Both the position numbers and the translations under genes were made by a program. This document shows, one piece after another, positions 1 to 12,895 of a stretch of 64,000 nt of DNA. The stretch comes from Squalus acanthias (Eukaryota), in contig CM059452.1 in NCBI GenBank assembly GCA_030390025.1, positions 6,820,001 through 6,884,000 of the forward strand, in the 5' to 3' direction. Position 1 is the stretch's first letter; every line of letters begins with the position of its first letter. The notes below the pieces were generated by a model. It worked only from the letters and a program-made list of their open reading frames with translations, did not search any database and was not told the DNA's origin.

Positions 1-1257
1 TCCGGTTCAGGTGCAACCCGTCCGACTTGTACAGGTCCCACCTTCCCCAGAAGCAGACCCAGTGATCCAGGAAACTAAAGCCCTCCCTCCTGCACCAACT
101 CTTTAGCCACGCATTCATCTGCTCTATCCACCTATTCCTATACTCACTCGCACGTGGCACCGGGAGTAATCCAGAGATTACAGCCTTTGAGGTCCTGCTT
201 TTTAATCTGCTACCTAGCTCCCTAAATTCTTGTTGCAGGACCTCATCCCTCTTTCTACCCATGTCGTTGGTACCAATGTGAACCACGACCTCTGACTGTT
301 CGCCCTCCCCCTTCAGAATGCCCTGCAGCCGTTCAGTGACATCCTTCACCCTGGCACCAGGGAGGCAACATACCAACCTGGAGTCATGTCTGCGGCCACA
401 GAAACGTCTATCTGTTCCCCTTAAGATAGAATCCCCTATCACTATTGCTCTCCCACTCTTTTTCCTCCCCTCCTGTGCAGCTGAGCCACTCGTAGTGCCA
501 CGGACTTGGCTCTTGCTGCATTCCCCTGAGAAACCATCTCCCCCTGCAGTATCCAAAACGGAAAATCTGTCGGAGAGGGAGATGGACCCAGGGGACTTCT
601 GCACTACCTTCCTCGTTCTTTTACTCTGTCTGGCGGTCACCCATTCCCTGTCTGCCTATGCACTCTTTACCTGCGGTGTGACCACCTCGTTGAACGTGCT
701 ATCCACGAAGATCTCAGCTTCGCGGATGCTCCACAGTGACTCCAGCCGCAGCTCCAGCTCCGAAACGCGGATTTCGAGTAGCTGCAGCTGGAGACACTTC
801 CTGCACATGTGTTCGCCCTGGACACCGAAAGTGTCCCTGACTTCCCACATAGCACAGGAGGAGCATTCCACGCTGCCGAGCTGCCCTGCCATGTCCTACC
901 CTTAATTTACTCCCTTTACTTCCTTTAAATTAAAGAATATTAAATACACTAGGGACCTTACTTCCCTTTAAACACTACTTACTCTAAACTAGAGACCTTA
1001 CTTTTACTTTAACGACTGGACTGTAGAAATACTCACCAGGTCCTACTTACCAATCAGCTCATTCCCTGGTTGTGACGTCACTTTAGCGGTTTCGCAGTTG
1101 TTGTTGTTTGACTGCTCCCGCTCTCGGACTCTTTCCTTGGTGTAAAGTAAGAACCAATTCCTACAGGGTGAAAAGTTAAGAAAAACAAAGGCGAAGCAAG
1201 GGAGCTCCTCCTTACACTCCTCACCTAACTCCCGACTCACCCAACTCGCAGCACTCT
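1..1257 (-). mobile_element. CR1-type LINE, 5' end (5' UTR and ORF1 with Zn-finger/leucine zipper and SGNH esterase), continues off the window
   Basis: ORF 656-892(-) has CxxC..CxxC plus a leucine zipper (MAGQLGSVECSSC...CRKCLQLQLLE). The esterase DGLHLN motif reads on the minus strand at 1-25. Confidence 0.8.
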
Positions 1258-1269
1258 GTTCAAACCGGT

Positions 1270-3490
1270 TAAGGACATCTCCTCTGGGCTGGAGTGGAAC
1301 TTGGAGTGGGAGGGGGAGGATCCAGTTGGCATGGTCCACGTAGGCACCAATGACATAGGTAGGACCAAGAAAGAGATTCTGCTGAGAGAGTATGAGCAGC
1401 GAGGGGCTAAATTAAAAAACAGAACCACAAATGTAATAATCTCTGGATTACTACCTGAGCCACGAGCGAATTTGCATCGGGTAAATAAGATCAGAGAAAT
1501 GAATGAGTGGCTCAAAGACTGGTGTGGGAGAAATGGGTTTCGATTTGTGCGGCACTGGCACCAGTACTGGGATAAGAGGAAGCTGTTCCGTTTGGACGGG
1601 CTTCACTTGAATCTTGCTGGGGCTAGAGTCCTGTCGAATCGAATAACTGGGGCTGTCGAGAGGGCTTTAAACTAAATAGAGCGGGGGGGGGGGGCGGAGG
1701 TTCCATGTGAGCGGGAATTTTAAAAGTCAATGAGAAATTAGAAAACAATAGAGCAGGATAGAGATGGGAGAAATAATAACCAGAGTGTGACAGGAAGGGA
1801 CAGAATGTTTACAAATAAGAGTGCAACAGAAAATGGGCCAAAACAAGGAGAAATGGTGAAAAGACAAAGTTAAAAGCTCTATATCTAAATGCACGCAGCA
1901 TTCGTAACAAGATAGATGAGTTGATGGCACAAATAGATACAAATGGGTATGATCTGATCGCCATTATAGAGACGAGGTTGCAAGGTGACCAGGGCTGGGA
2001 ACTGAATATTCCAGGGTATTTGACAATTCGGAAGGATAGACAGAAAGTAAAGGGAGGTGGGGTGGCTTTGTTGGTAACGGATGGGATCAGTGCAGTAGTG
2101 AGAAGTGATATTGGCTCAGAAGATCAAGATGTAGAATCGGTTTGGGTGGAGATAAAAAATAATAAGGGGAACAAGTCTCTGGTTGGCGTAGTTTACAGGT
2201 CCCCGAACAGTAGCAATACTGCTGGACAGAGTATAAATCAACAAATAATAGAGGCCTGTAAAAAAGGTACGGTAATAATCATGGGTGATTTTAATCTCCA
2301 TATTGATTGGATAAATCAAAGTGGCCATGGTAGCCTTAAGGAGGAGTTCACAGAGTGTATCCGGGATGGTTTCCTAGAACAGTATGTAATGGAACCAACC
2401 CGGGGGCAGGCTATCTTTGATTTGGTACTGTGTAATGAGACAGAATTAATAAATGATCTCATAGTAAAGGATCCTCTAGGAAAGAGTGATCACAGCATGG
2501 TTGAATTTCAAATTCAGTTGGAGGGTGAGAAAGTTGTCTCTCAAACCAATGTCCTGATCTTAAACAAAGGCAATTACAATGGCATGAGGGCAGAACTGGC
2601 TAAAGTGGACTGGAAAAAAAAGGGTAAGACAGTTGAAATGCAGTGGCGGACATTTAAGGAGATATTTCATAACTCTCAACAAAAATACATTCCAGTGAGA
2701 AAGAAAGATTTTAAGAGAAGGGAGCACCAGCCGTGGCAAACCAAGGAAGTAAAGGATAGTATCAAATTGAAAACGAAGGCATACAATGTTGCCAAGATTG
2801 GTGGGAGGCCAGAGGATTGGGAATTTTTTAATAACCAGCAAAGGATTAGTAAAAAAAAATAAAGAGATAGAAGATGAATTATGAGAGTAAACCGGCAAGA
2901 AATATTAAAACAGATAGTAAGAGCTTCTACAGGTATATAAAAAGGAAGAGAGTAGCTAAAGTAAACGTTGGTCTCTTAGAGGATGAGACTGGGGAATTAA
3001 CAATGGGGAACGGGGAAATGGCAGAGACTCTGAACAAATATTTTGTATCTGTCTTCACTGTGGAAGACACTAACAACATCCCAATAATGGATAATCAAGG
3101 GGCCACATGGAGGGGGGAACTAAAGACAATCACTATCACTGAGGAAAAAGTACTTGGTAAAATAATGGGACTAAAAGATGACAAGTCCCCTGGACCAGCT
3201 GGCCTGCATCCCAGGGTCTTAAAAGAAGTGGCTGCAGAGACAGTGGATGCATTGGTTGCAATTTACCAAAATTCCCTGGACTCTGGAGAGGTCCCAGCGG
3301 ATTGTAAAACCGCAAATGTAACGCCCCTATTTAAGAAAGGAGGAATACTGAAAGCAGGAAATTATAGACCAGTTAGCCTAACATCTGTCGTTGGGAAAAT
3401 GCTGGAGTCCTTCATTAAGGAAGCAGTAGCAGGGCATTTGGAAAATCATAATGCAGTCAAGCAGAGTCAGCATGGTTTTATGAAAGGGAA
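1270..3490 (+). mobile_element. CR1-type LINE fragment (ORF1 esterase, ORF2 APE endonuclease and start of RT), frameshifted, truncated at both ends
   Basis: VHVGTND...DGLHLN (1301-1675); APE motifs MGDFN, DLVL, SDH (1921-2862); KSPGP...NYRPVSLTS...QHGFMKGK (2874-3490), then similarity stops. Confidence 0.9.
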
Positions 3491-4149
3491 AACACAAACG
3501 GAAGCACGTACGTGCACAAAAAAGTCAGGCTATAGACGAATGTAGAATTAAAATGCTCTTTTTACGGACACAGTCTCCAGCGGTTGTACTGAATAATTAA
3601 TTCCTGATACCATAGCATCTCACATTTCTCTATTCTGGTCCTACTCATATACTGAATCACTGTTCTTGTTGGAAACTGATAAAAGTTAATTATGTTCAGA
3701 GCATTGACATAACAAATGAATAAACAAGATTTTAACTCACATCTGGTCTCTTACCCAGCCCCCTTGACAGTCTCCAAATAAGTAGATATCTAAACCTATC
3801 GTTAAAATAATCAATATCAATCAGTAAAGCTCCCTCGATATTTTATCATATTATTCCCGAATGATAGATCGTACCAACTTGATGCAAAATCAATCAGAGT
3901 GTGACATTGAAGAAAAAAATGTCATATTTTCCAACACGGCCTATAGGAGGATCATAAAGGAAGAGCGACTGTGGAGTTCGGAACAGAGATAGATTGCTGA
4001 GAGAGATTAACTTAACACAAGACATACATTGAAAATTAAATTAGAGAAAAAGCTAATATCTTAAGGAAAAGAAAAGAATATATAATAGTAATATGATATC
4101 TTGGATTAATAAACGATCTGAATGTATTTCCTCCTCTACATCCCCGTAG

Positions 4150-4277
4150 ATTCCTCAGACCACATCTTGATTGAAGACTATGAGGAAGAGAGCGGCAACA
4201 TCTGGACAACCGCTTCCACATTCATCATCCTGTTCTTCCTGAGCATGTCCTACAGCGCTGCCCTCACTCTAGTGAAG
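4150..4277 (+). CDS. IGHM: Immunoglobulin heavy-chain transmembrane exon TM1 (IgM-like)
   Basis: AG acceptor at 4148-49, phase 1. Encodes (D)SSDHILIEDYEEESGNIWTTASTFIILFFLSMSYSAALTLVK with an acidic spacer and the CART motif (WTTASTFI.LF.LS..YS...TL.K). GTGAGA donor at 4278. Isotype is less certain than IgH identity. Confidence 0.9.
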
Positions 4278-4417
4278 GTGAGAAGATTCAATCCACTCAC
4301 ACTTCGATCTGACTGAAGCGGTTTGACAAATCTCTAAAAGTTTCATTGATAAAAACCCTGAGATAAATGCCCCAAACCACTAAATCTCTGCTTCATTCTT
4401 TTATCCCTCTTTTACAG

Positions 4418-4426
4418 ATCAAGTGA
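4418..4426 (+). CDS. IGHM: IgH transmembrane exon TM2 (cytoplasmic tail IK-stop, giving KIK)
   Basis: Polypyrimidine tract then TTTACAG|ATC AAG TGA, the typical two-codon M2 exon. AATAAA signals near 4490 and 4881. Confidence 0.85.
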   Translation: MK

Positions 4427-5324
4427 ACGGTTGAATTTCGGACGCCGTGGATTTTCCTCATCTGTTTATTAACATCTCTGTGTCCTGAAAATAAAATATA
4501 TCCTCTTGGTGATTCTCAGAGTCAAATGTCTTCAGTTAATAGATCCGAATCTGTAGCTGAGAAAATCATAACCGGGATTTCCGTCTCTCTGTTTGAAATG
4601 TGTGAGATAATCGTGGCTATAATAGAAATGTATCTCAGAGTTTCACTGTTGTTTGAATATTTCATGTGTAAATAAGTCACTTTTCTCGTTCCTAATTCAC
4701 AATTTTTCCCTTCCCTTTATGTAGAGCCCCTGTTTTCTCTCTGGTGTCTGTTACAGTTGTACAGATAACTGGCAGCTCAGACCGCCTGTGATCTGGTCTC
4801 AATGTGACGCTCTGTTGTTATATTCACTTTGTGTTAACTTTTTAAAAACTTCACTGTAAATTGTTCTCTGTGAAATTGTTAATAAATCTGGAATGACAAA
4901 TTGACTAATTTGGACTTAGCTGAATTCCTTTCTCCAAGGCTCCTCCACACCGCTCCATTTTCCCTATCACACTTTGTTTTATTTCTCTGACAAGGTATTT
5001 TTCACCCGTCCTGTCTGGGTTGTGTTTGAACCCAAGTCCCTTCGGTTAAGGAGCCACTGCGCCACCTAGTGCTCCATCAGAGTAAAGACACCTTTACCCC
5101 TGACTTTTTATGTCAAGACCCAGAGGCGGAATGACTGCACAGCGACCAGGCGCACCTCGCAGTCTCCTCTAATATTATGGTCTGTAACAGTCACATGCCA
5201 GGTTCTAATAAAGAGCAGGGCTCTGCTCCATCACAGTTTGATACATTACAGGACATGGCAGAGTAAATCTCCCTCTACACTGTTCCATCAAACACTCCCA
5301 CGGCAGGTACACACTTAGCATAGA

Positions 5325-6270
5325 AGCATAGAAGATAGGAGCAGGAGTAGGGCATTCGGCCCCTCGAGCCTGCTCCGACATTTAATGAGATCATGGCTGA
5401 TCATCCAAATTCAGTACCCTGTCCCTGCTTTCTCCCCATATCCCTTGATCCCTTTAGCCTTAAGAAATATATCAATCTCCTTCTTGAATATATTTAATGA
5501 ATTGGCCTCAACTGCCTTCTGTGGTAGAGAATTCCACAGGTTCACCACTCTCTGGTGAAGAAAGTCCTCCTCATCTCAGTCCTAAATGGCTTACCCCTTA
5601 TCCTTAGACTGTGACCTCTGGTTCTGGACTCCCCCGCCATCGGGAACATCCTTCCTGCATCTAGTCTGTCTAGTCCTGTTAGAATTTTATAAGTTTCAAT
5701 GAGATCCCCTCTCATTCTTCGAAATTCTAGCGAATATAAGCCTAATCGACCCAATCTCTCTTCATACATCATTCCTGCCATCCTAGGTATCAGTCCGGTG
5801 AATCTTCGCTGCACTCCCTCCATGGCAAGAATATTCTTCCTCAGATAAGGCGACCAAAACTGCACTCAATACTCAAGGTGTGATCTCACCAAGGCCTTGT
5901 ACAACTGCAGCAAGACATCCTTGCTCCTGTACTCGAATCCTCTCGCTATGAAGGCCAACATACCATTTGCCTTCTTAACCGCCTGCTGCACCTGCATGCT
6001 TACCTTCAGCGACTGGTGCACAAGGACTCCCAGATCTCGTTACACTTCCCCTTTTCCCAATCTATTGCCATTCAGATAATAATCTGTCTTCCTGTTTTTG
6101 CCACCAAAGTGGATAACCTCGCATTTATCCACATTATACTGCATCTGCCATGCATCTGCCCAATCACCCAACCTGTCCAAATCATACTGGAGTTTCTCTG
6201 CATCCTCCTCACAGCACACACGCCCACCCAGCTTTGTGTCGTCTGCAAACTTGGAGATATTACATCTAGT
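5325..6270 (-). mobile_element. CR1 LINE 3' fragment
   Basis: QFWSPYLRK..RRMRGDLIETYKIL..SRTRGH ORF2 C-terminus and a CR1 3' tail. Confidence 0.9.
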
Positions 6271-6399
6271 TCCCTCGGGGTCACAGCCCTGAGTCAGGGG
6301 TCACAGGCTGCACACACAGGGAATCTTTAGCGCTGAGCGGAGCATGGAGACTGCCCGTGACCTCTGACCCTCAGTGAATGTGAAAAACAGCCAATTGCG

Positions 6400-6700
6400 G
6401 TGCTCTGACATGCGAAAAGCATTGTGGCGTCATCCAGTGCAGGGCAAAGCGGTGACGGCCATGTTTGTGTGACGTACGGTGTGACGTGTGACTTCAATTC
6501 CCACAAAAGAAACGGTCTCCCTTTCTTAATAAAAAGGAGAAAATATGCGACAGAGATAAAGATACAGACAGCGATAATTGAAGCGGTTGGCGAGTTGCGC
6601 ATGTGCGAACAGTGCTCCCAGGGAGCAGCACGGCCCGTGGTCTACATTGGGCCTATTCTGGCCCGCTGTGCATTGTGGGAATCTCTGTCCTTCATGGCTG
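6400..6700. repeat. Interspersed repeat of unknown family; second copy at about 32717-33060
   Basis: Shared blocks GCGTCATCCA(G/C)TGCAGGGCAAA, CCATGTTTGTGTGACGT, TGCGCATGTGCGAA and ATTGTGGGA. Confidence 0.55.
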
Positions 6701-7786
6701 CTTAAATCACTGATAGGGTGTGAGCCAACTGAACCTCTGAATGGCAATTTATTACAGCCTCCCTCGGGGAAACTGCCACACAGTCAGAGTTCTCCTTACA
6801 GGCCAATAGCACTTGGTCAGATTTATTGCAGGTTAACTAACGCACGGAAGTTCAATGAGGCAGCCAGTGACCGGAACAGCAAGAATAGCGAAAGAGTTCA
6901 GAAATCTCTCTATTTTCTCCACAGATCTCCCGCAACATTCAACTAATTTTCTCTTTCATGTCCTCTCCCATTCGGTTGTGGGTTTCCAACACCTCTGTTT
7001 TCAAGCTTGGAAAGTGGCATCTAAATATAGTGAAACTAAAATAGAGTAATGGGTCGGAGGATTTCCCGAGCACCTCAATACATTAAGTACTTGGTTTTGA
7101 AGGAATACACGAGATGAAATAACACACACAGGCAGAATATGGGAACCAGATCCTGCCCCATTAACGGAGCGACCAGCAGGAGATTCCTGGCGCTGTCAGC
7201 AACCTCTTTCTCGGAGCTGATCTTAACATTATTCACTGACCTGTCTGCAGTTCCTGTTTATGGGAAGCTGGGTTAGAGCGGTTCTGAATTAATATGCCAT
7301 GCAGCAGTAAAGGTTTTATATCGTTAAACTAAAGACTGGAAGAAGAAAGTCCATACGATTAGTAAAGAGTGGAGACAAGGGATGAGAAGAGACAGGCAGG
7401 CCCGGAAATTGCATCAAAAGACAAAAGGTGAGTTGTGGCACCACAGACATGATTGCTGAAGTTCATTTTTAGTATAAATGCGAGTTGAAATCACAAACTA
7501 ATATAATTCGGCCAGGGGACCTCACCTGTTCTTGTTGAGTGCTGCGTTTTTTTGTACTTTTAAGGAGGTCCGTGTGACTCGCACTGTGAGGCTGAATTAT
7601 TGCTTCTGGTTATCGGTGTGAGAGCGCCCTCTCAGTGTGCGTTTTGGTACACTAGGGACGTTGAATAGTTACAATTAATGCTCATTGAGGTTCCTTCCAG
7701 ATATTGGGCTTCTGTTGGCCACTGCTTGAAGGAGTCTCCAGAACTCAGTTCTGCAGAAAACATTCCTGGTTTCCCATGGAAACAGA

Positions 7787-8895
7787 ATGAAAGTGAGAGT
7801 GATTGCCCTTGATATCAAGGCAGCATTTGACCGAGTGTGGCATCAAGGAGCCCGAGTAAAACGGAAGTCAATGGGAATCAGGGGGAAAACTCTCCACTGG
7901 CTAGAGTCATACCTAGCACAAAGGAAGATGGTTGTGGTGGTTGAAGGTCAATCATCACAGCCCCAGGACATCGCTGCAGGAGTTCCTCAGGGCAGTGTCC
8001 TAGGCCCAACCATCTCCAGCTGCTTCATCAATGATCTTCCCTCCAACATAAGGTCAGAAATGGGGATGTTCGCTGATGACTGCACAGTGCTCAGTGCCAT
8101 TCGCAACTCCTCAGATAATGAAGCAGTCCATGCCCGCATGCAACAAGACCAGGCAATGACTATCTCCAACAAGCGAGAGTCTAACCACCGCCCCTTGACA
8201 TTCAACGGCATTACCATCGCCAAATCCCCCACCATCAATATCCTGGGTGGGGGGGGGGGTCACCATTGACCCTAAACTTAACTGGACCAGCCACATAAAT
8301 ACTATGACAACAAGAGCAGGTCAGAGGCTGGGTATTCTGCGGCGAGTGTCTCACCTCCTGACTCCCCAAAGCCTTTCCTCCATCTACAAGGCACAAGTCA
8401 GGAGTGTAATGGAATACTCTCCACTTGCCTGGATGAGTGCAGCTCCAACAACACTCAAGAAGCTCGACACCATCCAAGACAAAGCAGCCCGCTTGATTGG
8501 CATCCTATCCACCACCTTAGACATTCACTCCCTCCACCACCGGCGCACCGTGGCTGCAGTGTGTACCATTTACAAGATGCACTGCAGCAACTCGCCAAGG
8601 CTTCTTTGGCAGCACCTCCCCAACCTGCGACCTCTACCACCTAGAAGGACAAGGGCAGCAGGCGCATGGGAACACCATCACCTCCAAGTTCCCCTCCAAG
8701 TCACACACCATCCTGACTTAGAAGTATATCGCCGATCCTTCATCGTCGCTGGGTCAAAATCCTGGAACTTCCTCCCAAACAGCACTGTGGCAGTACCTTA
8801 ACCACACGGACTGCAGCGGTTCAAGGCGGCGGCTCACCATTACCTTCTCAAGGACAATTAGGGACGCCCACATCCCATGAACGAATAAAAAAATA
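7787..8895 (+). mobile_element. Non-LTR retrotransposon (CR1/L2 group) RT 3' fragment
   Basis: [22 protein letters not shown] and FADD motifs; 3' tail ACGAATAAAAAAA. Confidence 0.9.
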
Positions 8896-9169
8896 CGGAT
8901 GACAGACAGATAGACGGATGGACGGACAGAACGAACTGATAACACGTTTTTATTTCTTTACGATATTATTTTTCTATTCCTCGGTTTATACACAGGGAGA
9001 CGAAGAGACAGGAAGAGAAAACAACAGATTAATGACTAGACATTAATATATAGACAGGTGGATATAGAGATACAGAAAGACAGAGAGACAGACAGTCTGA
9101 TAAATAACTGTGCAGGCAGAGACATCAATGAATGGAAGACAGTTGTGTAAATAGTGGAATGGACAGACA

Positions 9170-9700
9170 GACACAGATGTATAAATAAATAAACCAGCCA
9201 AATAACAACGTTGTCAGGCCCCAAACAACTAAAAGCCCAAACTCCACCATGGCCGCAGTCTCCCCACACTGGGAGCCCGCACTTCACCCGGTGCCTCCTC
9301 TCAGTTGCAGCTTTCGGACTGAAGGGGAGAATTTGAAGTGTTTCTGTCAGCACACGGAGTCCCGTCATTTCCTGAATCAAACCAAGAGCCAGGTTTCAAT
9401 CAGCTGCCAATGATCATTGTCGCTGTCTGTGTTTATCATCACTGCCCGCGGCCCCGGGACACAGGTTCCCGGACATCTGATCATCCGATCCCGGGAATGG
9501 ATTCTGTCTGACAGTTACCGGCCTCACCCACAATGTGATGGACAGAAATAAACCCTTCGATTGAAGATTATTCTTCAAAAGGATTCCCAGTTTAACTGTG
9601 TTTTGAAACCGATGCTCACGGTTAATGAGGAGTCGATTTTAGGGTGTTCTTGCTGATAAAAAATAATCCATTTTACAGCAATGAAAATCTGATACGATAT
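9170..9700 (+). repeat. Locus-specific ~500-bp repeated element; inverted copies at 29140-29590 and 61560-62200
   Basis: Three clearly alignable copies with the core CCA(C/T)CATGGCCGCAGTCTCCCC. Confidence 0.8.
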
Positions 9701-9764
9701 TGTCGCAATGTCACTACCTCAGAGTAATCCGTTAACGTCAGTTTACACTCGAACTATTTTCCCT

Positions 9765-12190
9765 GTGTCTATGACTGTGTTTATCTGTCTGTGTGTCTAT
9801 GTGTGTGTTTATCTGTCAGTGTGTCTATGTGTGTGTTTATCTGACTGTGTGTCTATATGTGTATTTACCTGTCTGTGTGTCTATGGGTATTTTTACCTGT
9901 CTGTGTGTCTATATGTGTGTTTATCTGTCTGTGTGTCTATGGGTATTTTTATCTGTTTGTGTGTCTATGTGTGTGTTTAGCTGTCTGTGTGTCTATGTGT
10001 GTGTTTAGCTGTCTGTGTGTCTATGTGTGTGTTTATCTGTCTGTGTGTCTATGTGTGTGTTTAGCTGTCTGTGTGTCTATGTGTGTGTTTATCTGTCTGT
10101 GTGTCTATGTATGTGTTTATCTGTCTGTGTGTCTATGTATGTGTTTATCTGTCTGTGTGTCTATGTATGTGTTTATCTGTCTGTGTGTCTATGTGTGTGT
10201 TTATCTGTCTGTGTGTCTATGTGTGTTTATCTGTCTGTGTGTCTATGTGTGTGTTTATCTGTCTGTGTGTCTATGTGTGTGTTTATCTGTCTGTGTGTCT
10301 ATGTGTGTGTTTATCTGTCTGTGTGTCTATGTGTGTGTTTATCTGTCTGTGTGTCTATGTGTGTGTTTATCTGTCTGTGTGTCTATGTGTGTGTTTATCT
10401 GTCTGTGTGTCTATGTGTGTGTTTATCTGTCTGTGTGTCTATGTGTGTGTTTATCTGTCTGTGTGTCTATGTGTGTGTTATCTGTCTGTGTGTCTATGTG
10501 TGTGTTTATCTGTCTGTGTGTCTATGTGTGTGTTTATCTGTCTGTGTGTCTATGTGTGTGTTTATCTGTCTGTGTGTCTATGTGTGTGTTTATCTGTCTG
10601 TGTGTCTATGTGTGTGTTTATCTGTCTGTGTGTCTCTGTGTGTGTTTATCTGTCTGTGTGTCTATGTGTGTGTTTATCTGTCTGTGTGTCTATGTGTGTG
10701 CTTATCTGTCTGTTTGTCTCTCTGTGTGTTTATCTGTCTGTGTGTCTCTCTGTGTGTTTATCTGTCTGTGTGTCTATGTGTGTGTTTATCTGTCTGTGTG
10801 TCTATGTGTGTGCTTATCTGTCTGTTTGTCTCTCTGTGTGTTTATCTGTCTGTGTGTCTCTGTGTGTGTTTATCTGTCTGTGTGTCTATGTGTGTTTATC
10901 TGTCTGTGTGTCTATGTGTGTGTTTATCTGTCTGTGTGTCTATGTGTGTGTTTATCTGTCTGTGTGTCTCTCTGTGTGTTTATCTGTCTGTGTGTCTATG
11001 TGTGTGTTTATCTGTCTGTGTGTCTATGTGTGTGCTTATCTGTCTGTGTGTCTATGTGTGTGTTTATCTGTCTGTGTGTCTATGTGTGTGTTTATCTGTC
11101 TGTGTGTCTCTCTGTGTGTTTATCTGTCTGTGTCTCTCTGTGTGTTTATCTGTCTGTGTGTCTATGTGTGTGCTTATCTGTCTGTGTGTCTATGTGTGTG
11201 TTTATCTGTCTGTGTGTCTATGTGTGTGTTTATCTGTCTGTTTGTCTCTCTGTGTGTTTATCTGTCTGTGTCTCTCTGTGTGTTTATCTGTCTGTGTGTC
11301 TATGTGTGTGCTTATCTGTCTGTTTGTCTCTCTGTGTGTTTATCTGTCTGTGTCTCTCTGTGTGTTTATCTGTCTGTGTGTCTATGTGTGTGTTTATCTG
11401 TCTGTGTCTCTATGTGTGTTTATATGTGTCTGTGTGTCTATGTGTGTGTTTATCTGTCTGTGTGTCTATGTGTGTGTTTATCTGTCTGTGTGTCTATGTG
11501 TGTGTTTATCTGTCTGTGTGTCTATGTGTGTGTTTATCTGTCTGTGTCTCCATGTGTGTGTTTATCTGTCTGTGTGTCTATGTGTGTGTTTATCTGTCTG
11601 TGTCTCCATGTGTGTGTTTATCTGTCTGTGTATCTATGTGTGTGTTTATCTGTCTGTGTGTCTATGTGTGTTTTTATCTGTCTGTGTTTCTATGTGTGTG
11701 TTTATCTGTCTGTGTGTCTATATGTGTGCCTATCTGTCTGTGTGTCTATGTGTGTGTTTATCTGTCTGTGTGTCTCTCTGTGTGTGTATCTGTCTGTTTG
11801 ACTATGTGCGTGTTTATTTGTCTGTGTGTCATGTCTGTGTGTCGGTAAACTCCACAATATGAAAACCATTGTGTGTTTCTGGGTTTATGTTGTCGTACTT
11901 ATGGCTATGTTTCTGCAGGTGTGTATATGTCTGTGAGTATATATACGTCTGTGTGCGTGTGTGTATGTATATATATATATGTCTGCGTGTATATATATGT
12001 CTGTGTGTATGTATATGTTTCTCTGTGTGTATACGTATGTGTGCGTATATACGTCTGCGTGTGTATTTATGCGTGTGTATCTGTCAGTGTGTATATATAT
12101 CAGTGTGTCTGTATATGTCTGTGTGTGTATATGCCTGTGTGTCTACGTGTGTCTGTGTGTGTATGCGTGTATGTCAGTGTACGTGCGTGT
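9765..12190. repeat. 28-bp TG-rich minisatellite (ATGTGTGTGTTTATCTGTCTGTGTGTCT)n grading into (TG/TA)n
   Basis: Direct tandem periodicity is visible; the long Cys/Val ORFs are by-products. Confidence 0.97.
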
Positions 12191-12423
12191 TTCCAATGCA
12201 CTACGTCAAGCTTGTACTGTCCGCAGGAGGGCGCTCTCTGATCACTTTACAAAGATCCTGATCCGCATCTGCAGGAAGTGACTGTTTCGAGAGGTGCAAA
12301 TGAGCGGGGAGAGGAAAGCCCAGCCGATCTGATGAGATCCCTGCGCTCTTCCAGTTTCTCCAATTCCAGGCCCGGTACAGGCAGTGATCACAGTCTCTTG
12401 TTTCTGGAGATCAGGCTGGAACC

Positions 12424-12895
12424 ATGGAGGTGAAACTCTGCCTAACTCTGGTTATTGTCCTGATCACAGGTCGGTGATATTGGAACCTTCCTATAACATT
12501 CTCCAATCCCCATCTCCATCTCCGGGTGATTATTCTCTTTCTGTTACTCTGTCTAACCCGCTGTGTGCCCGCTGTTTATTTTCAGAGGTGTGTGACGGAG
12601 ACTCGGTGTCCCAGTCAGAACAAGGAGTCGCATCAGAAGAGGGTTCAGATTCAACAATAACCTGCAGTTACTTTGTATCGGGTTCAGCTACAAGCTATAA
12701 CCTGTTTTGGTATCGCCAGTGTCCCCACAAAACCCCTCAGTATCTGAGCAGAGCCGATAGTTATGGGAATAACGAGACAGCTCCGGGCTTTAAACACTTC
12801 AGGGGGAATCCCAACCTGACACAAGGCACTTTTCACTTATCCATGAAAGGCTTGAAGGTCACAGACAGCGCCGTGTATTACTGTGCCCTGAGACC
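12424..12895 (+). CDS. TCR alpha/delta V segment, intact (leader 12424-12469, V exon 12586-12895)
   Basis: Leader MEVKLCLTLVIVLIT; V DSVSQ..TITC..LFWYRQ..DSAVYYCALR; RSS CACAGTG-23-ACAACAACA (12896-12934). Confidence 0.92.

Noticed and set aside
318-905. 195-aa plus-strand ORF
   Set aside because: Antisense shadow of CR1 ORF1.
4150-4277. TM exon as a TCR constant-region TM
   Set aside because: It lacks the charged Lys/Arg TM residues of TCR chains, and has the IgH CART motif with a separate two-codon tail exon.
9857-11862. 576-663 aa Cys/Val-rich ORFs
   Set aside because: All three frames are open because the 28-bp TG minisatellite lacks stop codons; not a gene.
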